Of a DNA stretch of 64,000 nucleotides, positions 47,817 through 56,940 are shown one piece after another. The position numbers were made by a program, and so were the translations under genes. Under the pieces are notes generated by a model, which did not search any database, was not told where the DNA came from, and worked only from the letters and a program-made list of their open reading frames with translations. Numbering within the stretch: position 1 is the stretch's first letter; every line of letters starts with the position of its first letter. The stretch spans positions 3,493,017 through 3,557,016 of the forward strand of contig OZ241892.1 in NCBI GenBank assembly GCA_965203485.1, given 5' to 3'. Source of the DNA: Longimicrobiales bacterium. Its GTDB lineage: Bacteria > Gemmatimonadota > Gemmatimonadetes > Longimicrobiales > Gaopeijiaceae.

Positions 47817-48478
47817 GGGGTCCTCGCTTCGTGCCGCTGCGGGCCGTTGAGCATCCGCCGGAGGAGATGGCTCGCCGAGCGTCCACTTTCCGCCGCGAGG
47901 TCGCGCGCCGCCGCACGGTGAGGGACTTCAGCGACCGAGCCGTGCCGCGGCCGGTCGTCGAAGAGTGCGTGCGCGCGGCCGGAACCGCGCCCAGCGGGGC
48001 CAACCATCAGCCGTGGCGGTTCGTCGTCGTCTCCGACCCGCGGGTCAAGGCGCGCATTCGTGCCGCCGCGGAGGAAGAGGAGCGGGCGTTCTACAACGGC
48101 GGCGCGCCACAGGAGTGGCTGGACGCCCTCGCGGCGCTCGGCACGGACGAGCACAAGCCCTTCCTCGAGACGGCGCCCTATCTGATCGCCATCTTCGCCC
48201 AGCGCTACGAGCTTCGCCCCGACGGCACGAAGATCAAGAACTACTACGTGCAGGAGAGCGTGGGAATCGCCACGGGCATCCTCATCACCGCTCTGCATCA
48301 CGCGGGCTTGGCCACGCTGACCCACACGCCGTCGCCGATGGCGTTCCTCAACGACATACTGGGCAGGCCCGAGAACGAGCGCCCGTATCTTCTGCTGGTG
48401 ACCGGCTACCCAGCTTCGGGCGCGCGCGTGCCGGACGTGGGCCGCAAGCCGCTCGAGTCGATCGCCACGTTCGTATGA
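47813..48478 (+). CDS. Nitroreductase-family protein, iodotyrosine deiodinase-like
   Basis: [43 protein letters not shown] start inferred. Confidence 0.85.
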   Translation: MRGPRFVPLRAVEHPPEEMARRASTFRREVARRRTVRDFSDRAVPRPVVEECVRAAGTAPSGANHQPWRFVVVSDPRVKARIRAAAEEEERAFYNGGAPQEWLDALAALGTDEHKPFLETAPYLIAIFAQRYELRPDGTKIKNYYVQESVGIATGILITALHHAGLATLTHTPSPMAFLNDILGRPENERPYLLLVTGYPASGARVPDVGRKPLESIATFV

Positions 48479-48641
48479 CTTCCGTCGTCCGGGCAACCCG
48501 GCTTGCGACCGCCGCCGCGCGCCTCCCGCAAGGGCGGGACGAGTCTTCCTTCCGGCGAGTCGATCGCCCCGGGACGACGCGGGACCAATCCGTGCCGGAC
48601 GAACCCAGCCAGCGCAACGCCGCTACAACGGGAATCAGCAC

Positions 48642-50555
48642 ATGGGCGTCGACCTAGTACCAGAACACTCCCCGGAAGCCGTCCGCGCCTTCACGCGCGC
48701 CCTGTTGCGGGATCTGCACGCCATGGAGCGCCTGCTGGCCGAGGACAGAATCGAATCGGGCATCCGCCGCTTCGGAGCCGAACAGGAGATGTTTCTCGTG
48801 GACGAGGCGTGGCGGCCGGCGCCGGTGGCGGTCGAGGTCCTGGAAGATCTGGACGACGACATCTTCACCACCGAGCTGGCCCGCTTCAACCTCGAGGCCA
48901 ACCTCAGCCCGCGCGTGCTGGAGGGCGCGTGCTTCTCCGACATGCTCGCCGAGGTCGACGGATTGGTCGCCCGCGTCCGCGAAGCCGCGCACCGGCGCAA
49001 CTGCGAGGTCGTGCTCACCGGCATCCTCCCGACGCTGACCAAGACCGACCTGTCGCTGGACAACATCACGCCGAAGGCCCGCTACTACGCGCTCAACGAG
49101 GCCATGCGCAAGGCGGGCGGCGGCGCGTTCAGGCTGCGGATGCGCGGCACCGACGAACTCATCATCGAGCACGATTCCGTGATGCTCGAGTCGTGCAACA
49201 CCAGTTGCCAAGTGCACTTGCAGGTGTCGGCGGACGAGTTCGCGCACTTCTACAACGTGGCCCAGGCGGTGACGGGGCCGGTCCTGGCCGCGTCGGTGAA
49301 CTCGCCGCTTCTCCTTGGGCGGCGGCTTTGGGCCGAGACGCGCATCGCGCTCTTCCAGCAGTCGATGGACACCAGGGCTTCGGGCCTTCACATGCGCGAG
49401 ATGAGCCCGCGCGTCCGCTTCGGCGGCAGCTGGCTGAAGCGCTCGGTGACGGAGATCTTCCAGGACGACATTGCCCGCTACCCGGTTCTCCTGGCGCGCC
49501 AAGTGGACGAGGACCCCATGGCGGTCGTGGACGGCGGCGGCGTGCCCGAACTGCAGGCCCTGCAGCTCTACAACGGCACCGTCTACCGCTGGAACAGGCC
49601 CTGCTACGGAGTCTCCAAGGGCAAGCCGCACCTGCGCATCGAGTGCCGCGCGTTGCCCGCCGGCCCGACGACCGAGGACGAGGTGGCCAACGCCGCGCTC
49701 TGGATCGGCGCGGTCCTGGGCGTCGCCGCGGCGGTGCCCGATCTGGTCGAGCGAATGGACTTCGACGACGCCAAGGGCAACTTCCTGGCGGCCTCCCGGC
49801 TGGGCCTGCGCGCCGGCCTGACATGGCTGGACGGAGACTCCGGGCCTGCCGACCGGCTGATCCTCGAGCGCCTGCTGCCGCTCGCCGAGGAGGGTCTGCG
49901 GGGCTATCCGGTCGACTCGGCGGAGGTGGACCGCTACCTGGGCTTGGTGCGCGAGCGGGTCGAGGCGGGCGTCACGGGCGCCGGCTGGGCGCTTCGCTCG
50001 CTGGGCAACCTGAAGGGGGCCGGGACCCGCGGCGAGCAACTGGCGGCGCTCACGGCGGCAACCGCTCGCCAGCAGAGCGCGGGGACGCCCGTCGCGCGCT
50101 GGGCCCTTGCCGAGCTGCACGACGCCGGCGGCTGGAAGCACAACTACCTTCGCGTCGAGCAGTACATGACCACGTCGCTCACCACGGTGAAGGAGGACGA
50201 GCTGGTGCAGCTGGCGGCGTACCTGATGCACGTTCGCCGGATTCGCCACGTGCTGATCGAGGACGGCGGCCACCGGCTCGTGGGCATCGTGTCGTACCGT
50301 TCGATCCTGCGCCTGTTCGCCGAGGGCCGCACGCAGGCGGAGGCCGAGAACCTGCCGGTGAGCGAGGTGATGGAGCGCGATCCCGTTTCAGTTGCGCCCG
50401 AGACGCCCACGCTCGAGGCCATCGACAAGATGCGAAGCAACGGCGTGTCGGCCCTGCCCGTCGTCAGCGACGGCCAGCTCGTGGGGCTGGTGAGCGAGAC
50501 GGACTTCATGCCGATGGCGTACCAGTTGCTCGAAGAGCGGCTCCGGAAAGAGTAG
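48642..50555 (+). CDS. Glutamate-cysteine ligase (GCS2)-family protein with C-terminal CBS pair
   Basis: GAEQEMFL, TELARFNLE, SCQVHLQV, YRWNRPCY, HLRIECR, then two CBS domains. Confidence 0.88.
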   Translation: MGVDLVPEHSPEAVRAFTRALLRDLHAMERLLAEDRIESGIRRFGAEQEMFLVDEAWRPAPVAVEVLEDLDDDIFTTELARFNLEANLSPRVLEGACFSDMLAEVDGLVARVREAAHRRNCEVVLTGILPTLTKTDLSLDNITPKARYYALNEAMRKAGGGAFRLRMRGTDELIIEHDSVMLESCNTSCQVHLQVSADEFAHFYNVAQAVTGPVLAASVNSPLLLGRRLWAETRIALFQQSMDTRASGLHMREMSPRVRFGGSWLKRSVTEIFQDDIARYPVLLARQVDEDPMAVVDGGGVPELQALQLYNGTVYRWNRPCYGVSKGKPHLRIECRALPAGPTTEDEVANAALWIGAVLGVAAAVPDLVERMDFDDAKGNFLAASRLGLRAGLTWLDGDSGPADRLILERLLPLAEEGLRGYPVDSAEVDRYLGLVRERVEAGVTGAGWALRSLGNLKGAGTRGEQLAALTAATARQQSAGTPVARWALAELHDAGGWKHNYLRVEQYMTTSLTTVKEDELVQLAAYLMHVRRIRHVLIEDGGHRLVGIVSYRSILRLFAEGRTQAEAENLPVSEVMERDPVSVAPETPTLEAIDKMRSNGVSALPVVSDGQLVGLVSETDFMPMAYQLLEERLRKE

Positions 50556-50557
50556 GC

Positions 50558-51583
50558 TTGGAAGGCGCGTCGGGGGCCGTGCCCGCTGGACGGTGGATCG
50601 AGGGCGCGTCGGACGGTCCGTTGCTGGTCTGCGTGGGCGGCCTGCACGGCAACGAGCCCGCGGGCGTGCACGCGATCGAGGAGGTCGCCGGGCGCCTGGC
50701 CGAGCGCAACGGCGAGATGGCGGGGGACTTCGTGGCGGCGGTCGGCAACGCGGCGGCGCTGGATGCTGGACGCCGCTTTCTGGCGTACGACCTGAACCGC
50801 GTGTGGACGCCGGACCGATTGGCGGCGCGGCACGGGGGCGGCGCTCCGGAAGACGGCGAGGTTGCGCGGCTGGACGCGCTGTTCCGGCGGATCGCGGCCC
50901 GGCGGCGCGGACCCGTGTACGTGCTCGACATCCACACTACGTCGAGCGGCGGCGGGGCCTTCACGACGGCGGCCGCGCTGGCGAGGAACCGCGCTTTTGC
51001 GCAAGAGATTCCCGCGCCATTGGTCCTGGGACTCGGAAAGCACGTCGAGGGCACGCTGATCACGCACCTCGACCAGTTCGGGTGGACGACGGCCGTCTTC
51101 GAGTGCGGTCAGCACGAAGAGGAAGCGGCGCGGACGAGGGCCGCGGCGGCGGTCTGGCTGGCCGCCCAGGCGGCGGGCCTGTTGCCAGGCGGCGACGCGC
51201 CCGAGGCTCGCCGGGGCTCTGCGATGCTGCGCGCCGACTGCCGCGGCCTGCCGCCCATCTTCGAGATGACGCACCGCCACGCCGTGACCGAAGCCGACGC
51301 CTACCGGTCGCGCCCCGGCCTGCGGAACTTTCAGCCCGTGCGCGCGGGCGACGTGGTGGGCCGCGACCGGCGCGGCGACGTGGCGTCTCCCGTGAGCGGG
51401 CGTCTGCTCATGCCCCTCTACCAGGAGCAGGGCGAAGACGGCTTCTTCGTGGTGAAGGTCAGCGAAGAGGCGCGTGCGGGCTCCGGCCGGCGCGGGGCAG
51501 AAGGCCATCCGGCAGGCCGCGGGGCAGCCGAGCTTGGCCAACCCCGTTACGTCCAAGCGCTGGGGACGGGGGCGGTCTCGTGA
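50558..51583 (+). CDS. Succinylglutamate desuccinylase / aspartoacylase (M14-like) family protein
   Basis: GLHGNEPAG, DLNRVW, LDIHTTS, FECGQH, MPLYQ..G.DGFF. Confidence 0.85.
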   Translation: MEGASGAVPAGRWIEGASDGPLLVCVGGLHGNEPAGVHAIEEVAGRLAERNGEMAGDFVAAVGNAAALDAGRRFLAYDLNRVWTPDRLAARHGGGAPEDGEVARLDALFRRIAARRRGPVYVLDIHTTSSGGGAFTTAAALARNRAFAQEIPAPLVLGLGKHVEGTLITHLDQFGWTTAVFECGQHEEEAARTRAAAAVWLAAQAAGLLPGGDAPEARRGSAMLRADCRGLPPIFEMTHRHAVTEADAYRSRPGLRNFQPVRAGDVVGRDRRGDVASPVSGRLLMPLYQEQGEDGFFVVKVSEEARAGSGRRGAEGHPAGRGAAELGQPRYVQALGTGAVS

Positions 51584-52482
51584 GAAGCCGGCCAGATCCG
51601 TACCGCGTCGTGCATGTGCGGCCCGAGTGGGCAATCAAGCCGGAACCCATGGGAACCAAGAGAAAGATTTGGTTCCTTGACCCGGACACGGACCGCCGGC
51701 GCCTCTTCAAGCATCCACGTTCCAATACAGGCGAGCATTGGGCGGAGAAGATCGCCGCCGAAGTGGCAGAAGCAATCGGTGTAGCGCACGCGCAAGTGGA
51801 CTTTGCCGTCTACGAAGGAGCAAAGGGCTCTGCCTCAGAGGATTTTACCACCGACAACACAAGTCTCCGTCACGGCAACGAGTTGCTGAGCCGAACGATT
51901 GACGATTATCGTGCCGACCGGCCATATCGTCAGCCACGACATACATTGGCCAATATCTTCGACGCGCTGGATCGCGTGTCGGATGTGACCAGCCGGATGA
52001 CGGCGCAGACGACGCTTGCAAGCTATCTGGTTCTGGACGCGCTCATCGGCAACACAGATCGCCATCACGAGAATTGGGGCGTCCTTGTGTCGTCGACAAA
52101 TGATCGTGTCTCCACCGAGGTGTCAGTAGCTCCTTCGTTTGATCATGCGTCTTCGCTCGGCAGAGAACTCACGGACGCTCGTCGTGAACAACTGTTGAGC
52201 GAGGATCGCTTGAGCAACTACTTGTCCAAGGGACGTGGCGCGATCTATTGGTCAAGCAGTGACAATCGCGGGCCCAGCCCCATGGAGCTGGCACGAAGAG
52301 CAGCGAAAGCGCGTATGGACGTCTTTGCGCCTGCCGTGGGAGCCGTTGCCGCCGTGTCCGCCGACTCTTGGGAGCACATTGTTGCCAAGGTGCCACTATC
52401 TTGGATGACGCCCGCGGCTCGAGAGTTTGCATTTGCCATCTTGAGACGCAATCAAGATGAGCTAACAACGCTGTTGCCGTGA
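51580..52482 (+). CDS. HipA-like (CtkA-type) Ser/Thr kinase
   Basis: MGTKRK, LFK, GEHWAEK, DALIGNTDRHHENWG, PSFDHASSLG; GTGA overlap; lower GC. Confidence 0.85.
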   Translation: MRSRPDPYRVVHVRPEWAIKPEPMGTKRKIWFLDPDTDRRRLFKHPRSNTGEHWAEKIAAEVAEAIGVAHAQVDFAVYEGAKGSASEDFTTDNTSLRHGNELLSRTIDDYRADRPYRQPRHTLANIFDALDRVSDVTSRMTAQTTLASYLVLDALIGNTDRHHENWGVLVSSTNDRVSTEVSVAPSFDHASSLGRELTDARREQLLSEDRLSNYLSKGRGAIYWSSSDNRGPSPMELARRAAKARMDVFAPAVGAVAAVSADSWEHIVAKVPLSWMTPAAREFAFAILRRNQDELTTLLP

Positions 52483-53249
52483 GCCAGCGAACGCTTTTCT
52501 TGGCGTGGCAGGACAAGCGCCCTGCTAGCCGACGCTGGTTTCCGGTGGGACGACTGGACATTGAATCAACGCCGATGCATCGGTTTCGATACGTTCACGG
52601 GGCGATACGTGCGAAGTCTGAGAGCGGTTTCTTGCCATTATTGGAATTTCCTGATTTTCGAGGGAAATACGAATCCACGGAATTGTTTGCACTTTTCAGA
52701 AACCGAGTCATGGCGCGAGGAAGACCCGATCGATTGGAGTATCTAGTGAGTCACGATCTTCGAGAAGGCGCAGATCCTTTTGAAGTATTGTCGGTCAACG
52801 GCGGCAGTAGAGTTACCGATACCTACGAAGTGTTTCCTAAGATCAAAACTGATGACGGTGGCGCGTTCATGTGTCGCTTTTTTCTTCGCGGCTGGCGGTA
52901 CGTGTCCGGAGCTGATTCCCGGATTTCGGCACTGAAGCAGGACGAGAAACTCGACGCACGCATACAATTCGACAATCCAATAACTGGCAAGGCAGTGAAG
53001 ATTCTTTCGAGAGATGGAACCTTGCTTGGATGGACTCCGCGGTATCTTGTCCATGACCTGATTGTGGGAAGTGATGTGGCCGAGAACGAGGACAAGTCTT
53101 GCGTGGATGTCAGCAACAAGTACTTGATTCGGGTCGTTCGCGTAAACGATGTACCGGCACCGTCTAGCCAGCGACTCCTGATTGAGCTACGCGGCCGTTG
53201 GGACGACTACGAGCCGATGAGCGGAGAGGACTTTGAGCTTCTTGCATGA
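52479..53249 (+). CDS. HipS-like N-terminal + HIRAN-domain protein
   Basis: LFLAWQD..RRWFPVGRL, LFALFRNRV...RPD, GG.RVTDTYEVFP, then FFLRGWRY, DNP..AV, LGWTPRYL; GTGA overlap. Confidence 0.75.
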   Translation: MSQRTLFLAWQDKRPASRRWFPVGRLDIESTPMHRFRYVHGAIRAKSESGFLPLLEFPDFRGKYESTELFALFRNRVMARGRPDRLEYLVSHDLREGADPFEVLSVNGGSRVTDTYEVFPKIKTDDGGAFMCRFFLRGWRYVSGADSRISALKQDEKLDARIQFDNPITGKAVKILSRDGTLLGWTPRYLVHDLIVGSDVAENEDKSCVDVSNKYLIRVVRVNDVPAPSSQRLLIELRGRWDDYEPMSGEDFELLA

Positions 53250-53371
53250 CAGAGGCGGCTGGACGTGACCTTCGAGCAAACAGGACGACGGTCGCGGTGT
53301 TGCAGGAGTCGAAGAGCGTCGGAGCAAGGCGCCCGCGGGCGGGCGGCCACCGAGAAGGCAGCCTGACCGTC

Positions 53372-54178
53372 GTGTGTGGCCGCTACACGCTGGCTGCGGA
53401 ACTCGAAGCCGTGGTGGAGATGTTCTCGGTGGATGTCCACCGCATGGCCGGGAGCTACCGGCCCCGCTGGAACGTGGTGCCGGGGCAAGATGTGCTTGTG
53501 GTGACCGCCGACGCGCGCGGCCGGCGCATGGACTTCGTCCGTTGGGGCTTTTCGCCCGGGCCGGGCGCACCACGAGGGCGGGGGCCGTGGATCAACGCCC
53601 GGAGCGAGTCGGTGGGCGGACGCCCCGCCTTCCGCGACGCCTTTCTTCGACGGAGGTGTCTGGTGCCCGCCGACGGGTTCTTCGAGTGGGCGGCGCGGCG
53701 GCCGGTTCGGCAACCTTATTGGGTGCGGCCCCGAGGCGGTCTTTTCGCGATGGCCGGCATTTGGACGGACATGGGCAACGGCGCGGCGAGATGGAGCTTC
53801 GGCCGTTCCAGCGGCAGGGGGGCGACGGAGCCACGAAGAGCGTCCGTCGCAGCCGCGGCAAGCGCGAGGGGCGATCCGGGCGGCGGCGGCATGGCGGTGC
53901 TCACGCGGGTCGCGCCCGCAGGCTTGGAGTGGTTGCACGACCGCGTGCCGGTCATCCTTCCGCCGGACGCCTGGGACGCCTGGCTGTCGGAAGCCGCGTC
54001 CGAGGCCACGTTGCGGTCGGCGCTGGCGTCGGAGCCGACCTCGGAGTTGAGCGCGCGCCCCGTCTCTCGAGCGGTGAACGACGCCCGCGTGGACCAGCCG
54101 GAGTGCATCGAGCGCGTCGCCGAGGTCCGAGAAGAGCAGCCGTCGCTGTTCCAGGACGGGGCGACCGGCGACGGTTGA
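53372..54178 (+). CDS. SOS response-associated peptidase (SRAP/HMCES family)
   Basis: (M)CGRY N-terminus from GTG 53372, INARSE, RRCLVPADGFFEW, HDRVPVIL, VSRAVN. Confidence 0.9.
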   Translation: MCGRYTLAAELEAVVEMFSVDVHRMAGSYRPRWNVVPGQDVLVVTADARGRRMDFVRWGFSPGPGAPRGRGPWINARSESVGGRPAFRDAFLRRRCLVPADGFFEWAARRPVRQPYWVRPRGGLFAMAGIWTDMGNGAARWSFGRSSGRGATEPRRASVAAAASARGDPGGGGMAVLTRVAPAGLEWLHDRVPVILPPDAWDAWLSEAASEATLRSALASEPTSELSARPVSRAVNDARVDQPECIERVAEVREEQPSLFQDGATGDG

Positions 54179-54238
54179 CTCGAGCGGCTGGCCGCCGGTG
54201 GGCCGGAGGCGTCTCCCGCGTCTTCCCGTCCGTCCCGG

Positions 54239-55357
54239 TCAAGCCGCGACGGCCGCGAACGCCGAGTCCAGCCGGCCGAGCGCGCTGGCGAGTTCGGCCT
54301 CGGGGATGCCGAAGCCCAGCCGGATCGACGACTCCACGCCGAAGTGCTCGCCCGGAACCACCAGCAGGCTCTGTTCGACGCGCAGGCGCTCGGCCAAGTC
54401 GAGCGAATCCGGCCCCTCGCGATACCGAACCATGCAGATCGCGCCCGCGTCGGGCGGCGTGTAGGCGAAGATGTCGTCCCGGGCGTGCAGCCACTGGGCC
54501 AGCACGCCCAGGTTGTTGCGGATGATCCCCCGGGTCCGTTCCAGGACGCGGGGCCGCACTTCGGGCGAGAGCGCCACGCAGGCCAGGGCGTCCGACAGGG
54601 ACGCGGGCGCGATCGTGGTGTAGTCCGTGCGTGCCCAGAGCTGGTCCGCCACGTCGGCGGGCGCAACCACCCAGCCGATGCGAACGCCCGGAAGTCCGTA
54701 CGCCTTCGACAGCGAGTTGGTCACCACGACCTTGTCGTAGCGGCCCCAGAACGTCGGCGTCGTGTCCGCGCCCACCTCGGCGCCTCGATACACCTCGTCG
54801 GCGAGAATCCAGGCGCCGTGGCGGTCCGCGAGGCGCACGACTTCCGCCATCTCGCCATGCGTCAGCGTCTTGCCGGTCGGGTTGTTGGGATTCGTGATCA
54901 GAATCGTCCGGGCTCCGGCGGCCAGCGCCCCGGCAAGCTGCTCCAAGTCGGGACGCCATCCCTCTTCCTCTCGCAACTCGAACGGAAGGACCTCCGTGCC
55001 GAGGGTCGCCTCCAGGCCCGGTACCTGCATGTAGTTCGGAGTCATCGCCGCAAGCGGGCTTCCGGATCCCGCCCGTTGCCAGAACGAGGCGAAGTTGGCT
55101 TCGCTCCCGCCCGTGGTCACCACGACCGACTGCTCCGGCGCACCCTCGTATTGCGACGCGATCAACGCGCGCAACTCGTCCGAGCCGTTGGACTGGCCGT
55201 AGCTCAGCCGAATTGCCGCCAAGTCCGGTGGCGACTCGGCCATCGCGAGCAACTCGGCGGCCGTGAGCGGATGCACGCCGCTCTCGGTCAAGTTGAAGTC
55301 GACCCTGTGCTCGTAAGTGGACTGCCACCTCTCCATGCGAAACGGCGAGAACTTCAC
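54239..55357 (-). CDS. PLP-dependent aminotransferase class I/II
   Basis: NPNNPTG, ADEVY, SLSKAYGLPGVRIGW; GGAGG before GTG 55357. Confidence 0.92.
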   Translation of the reverse strand: MKFSPFRMERWQSTYEHRVDFNLTESGVHPLTAAELLAMAESPPDLAAIRLSYGQSNGSDELRALIASQYEGAPEQSVVVTTGGSEANFASFWQRAGSGSPLAAMTPNYMQVPGLEATLGTEVLPFELREEEGWRPDLEQLAGALAAGARTILITNPNNPTGKTLTHGEMAEVVRLADRHGAWILADEVYRGAEVGADTTPTFWGRYDKVVVTNSLSKAYGLPGVRIGWVVAPADVADQLWARTDYTTIAPASLSDALACVALSPEVRPRVLERTRGIIRNNLGVLAQWLHARDDIFAYTPPDAGAICMVRYREGPDSLDLAERLRVEQSLLVVPGEHFGVESSIRLGFGIPEAELASALGRLDSAFAAVAA

Positions 55358-55644
55358 GTTGCTGCCTCCTATGGGCACAAGCGGATTGGCGCACCGGCAG
55401 AGGCTCCAAAGATGGCGAAGCCCCACGCCCGCCGGTAGCGGCGCTCGGCAACCCAACCGTTGCGACGCCCAGCGCTACGCTACTTTTCAGGCTCGGCTTT
55501 CTCACGCCAAGTCCATTGAGAGCGCCTCTTCGGCGCGCGATGGGTCACCTGCACCGCGAGTGGCGGCAGGCCCGGGCGCCGGGCGAACGGCCCTTGGCAC
55601 GTCGGGGCATGCGACGCCTCGGGAGGCGACCTTCTCCAAGGAGC

Positions 55645-56940
55645 ATGGTTGCATTGAAGAGGCGCGTGGAAGCTCTTGCGGGCATTTCGCAGGAACGGCT
55701 GGACAACGGCCTGGAACTTGTGCTTGCGCCCGATTCGAGCGTGCCCGTGGTCGCCGTCAACCTCTGGTACGCCGTAGGCTCGCGCGACGAAGCGCCCGGC
55801 CGCACCGGCTTCGCTCACTTGTTCGAGCACATGATGTTTCAGGGATCGGCCCACGTCGCCAAGAACGGACACTTCAAGCACGTCGAGAGGGCAGGTGGCT
55901 CCGCGAACGCGACGACTTGGTTCGACCGCACCAACTACTTCCAGACTCTGCCGTCCAACCATCTGGACCTTGCACTGTGGCTGGAGGCCGACCGGATGGG
56001 CTGGATGCTCCCTGCGCTGACCGAAGAAAAGCTGGAGAACCAGCGCAACGTCGTCCTCAACGAACGCCGCGAACGTTACGAGAACCAGCCGTACGGCGAC
56101 TGGGACGAGCGCCTCCAGGCTCTGCTCTTCCCTCCGCAACATCCTTATCACCACACCGTGATCGGTTCGGCGGAAGACATCGAAGCCGCCACTCTGGACG
56201 ACGTGCGCGCGTTCTTTCGCACCCATTACGCGCCCGACAACGCCGTGCTGACTCTTTGCGGCGACTTCAACCGGCACGACGCGCTCGCCCGCGTCCGGCG
56301 CTGGTTCGACGCGATCCCGCCCCGGACGGAGAAGGCGCCGCCGCCGGGCGCCGAGGACGCCGGATTCGCCACGGGGCGGACCGTGCGCGACGAGGTGCGC
56401 GCTCGGGTGCCGCTGCCGCGCGTCTACATGGCGTCGCGCGTGCCGCCGTTCACGACCGCGGAGTTCCATGCGGGCCGGGTTGTGTCGGCCTGCCTGGGCC
56501 GGGGCCGCTGCTCGAGGCTGCACGAGCGGCTGGTCCGGGGGGCTCGCGTCGCCAAGTCGGCGTCCTGCCATCTGCTGCCGCTCGTGGCGGGCGCGACGAT
56601 GTTCCTGGTGGTCGTGACGGGACTGCCCGGGACGACAGCGGCCCAGCTGGAGGATGCGGCTGCGCGCGAGATGGAGGGGGCCGCCGCCTTGCGGGAAGAG
56701 GAAGTGGCGCGTTCGGTGGCGCTGTTGGAGACGCGGACGCTCCGAGGTCTGCAGAACGTGGGCGCGCGGGCAGACGTGCTTTCCATGCACGCCACGTTCT
56801 TCGGCTTGGCGGAGGCGGCAAAGTCCGAACTGGCGCGCGTGCGGGAAGTCGGCGTCGCGGACGCGGAGGCGTGGGCGGCGGCATACCTGAACGAGTCCAA
56901 CCGGGCCGTGGTGCGGTACGTGCCCATGGAGGACGGATGA
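55645..56940 (+). CDS. M16 family zinc peptidase, catalytic subunit
   Basis: GFAHLFEHMMF (HxxEH), NATTWFDRTNY; AAGGAG before ATG 55645. Confidence 0.92.
   Translation: MVALKRRVEALAGISQERLDNGLELVLAPDSSVPVVAVNLWYAVGSRDEAPGRTGFAHLFEHMMFQGSAHVAKNGHFKHVERAGGSANATTWFDRTNYFQTLPSNHLDLALWLEADRMGWMLPALTEEKLENQRNVVLNERRERYENQPYGDWDERLQALLFPPQHPYHHTVIGSAEDIEAATLDDVRAFFRTHYAPDNAVLTLCGDFNRHDALARVRRWFDAIPPRTEKAPPPGAEDAGFATGRTVRDEVRARVPLPRVYMASRVPPFTTAEFHAGRVVSACLGRGRCSRLHERLVRGARVAKSASCHLLPLVAGATMFLVVVTGLPGTTAAQLEDAAAREMEGAAALREEEVARSVALLETRTLRGLQNVGARADVLSMHATFFGLAEAAKSELARVREVGVADAEAWAAAYLNESNRAVVRYVPMEDG

Noticed and set aside
53246..53371. 42-aa N-terminal extension of SRAP starting at the ATGA overlap with the HIRAN gene
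   Set aside because: SRAP chemistry needs Cys at position 2, which fits GTG 53372
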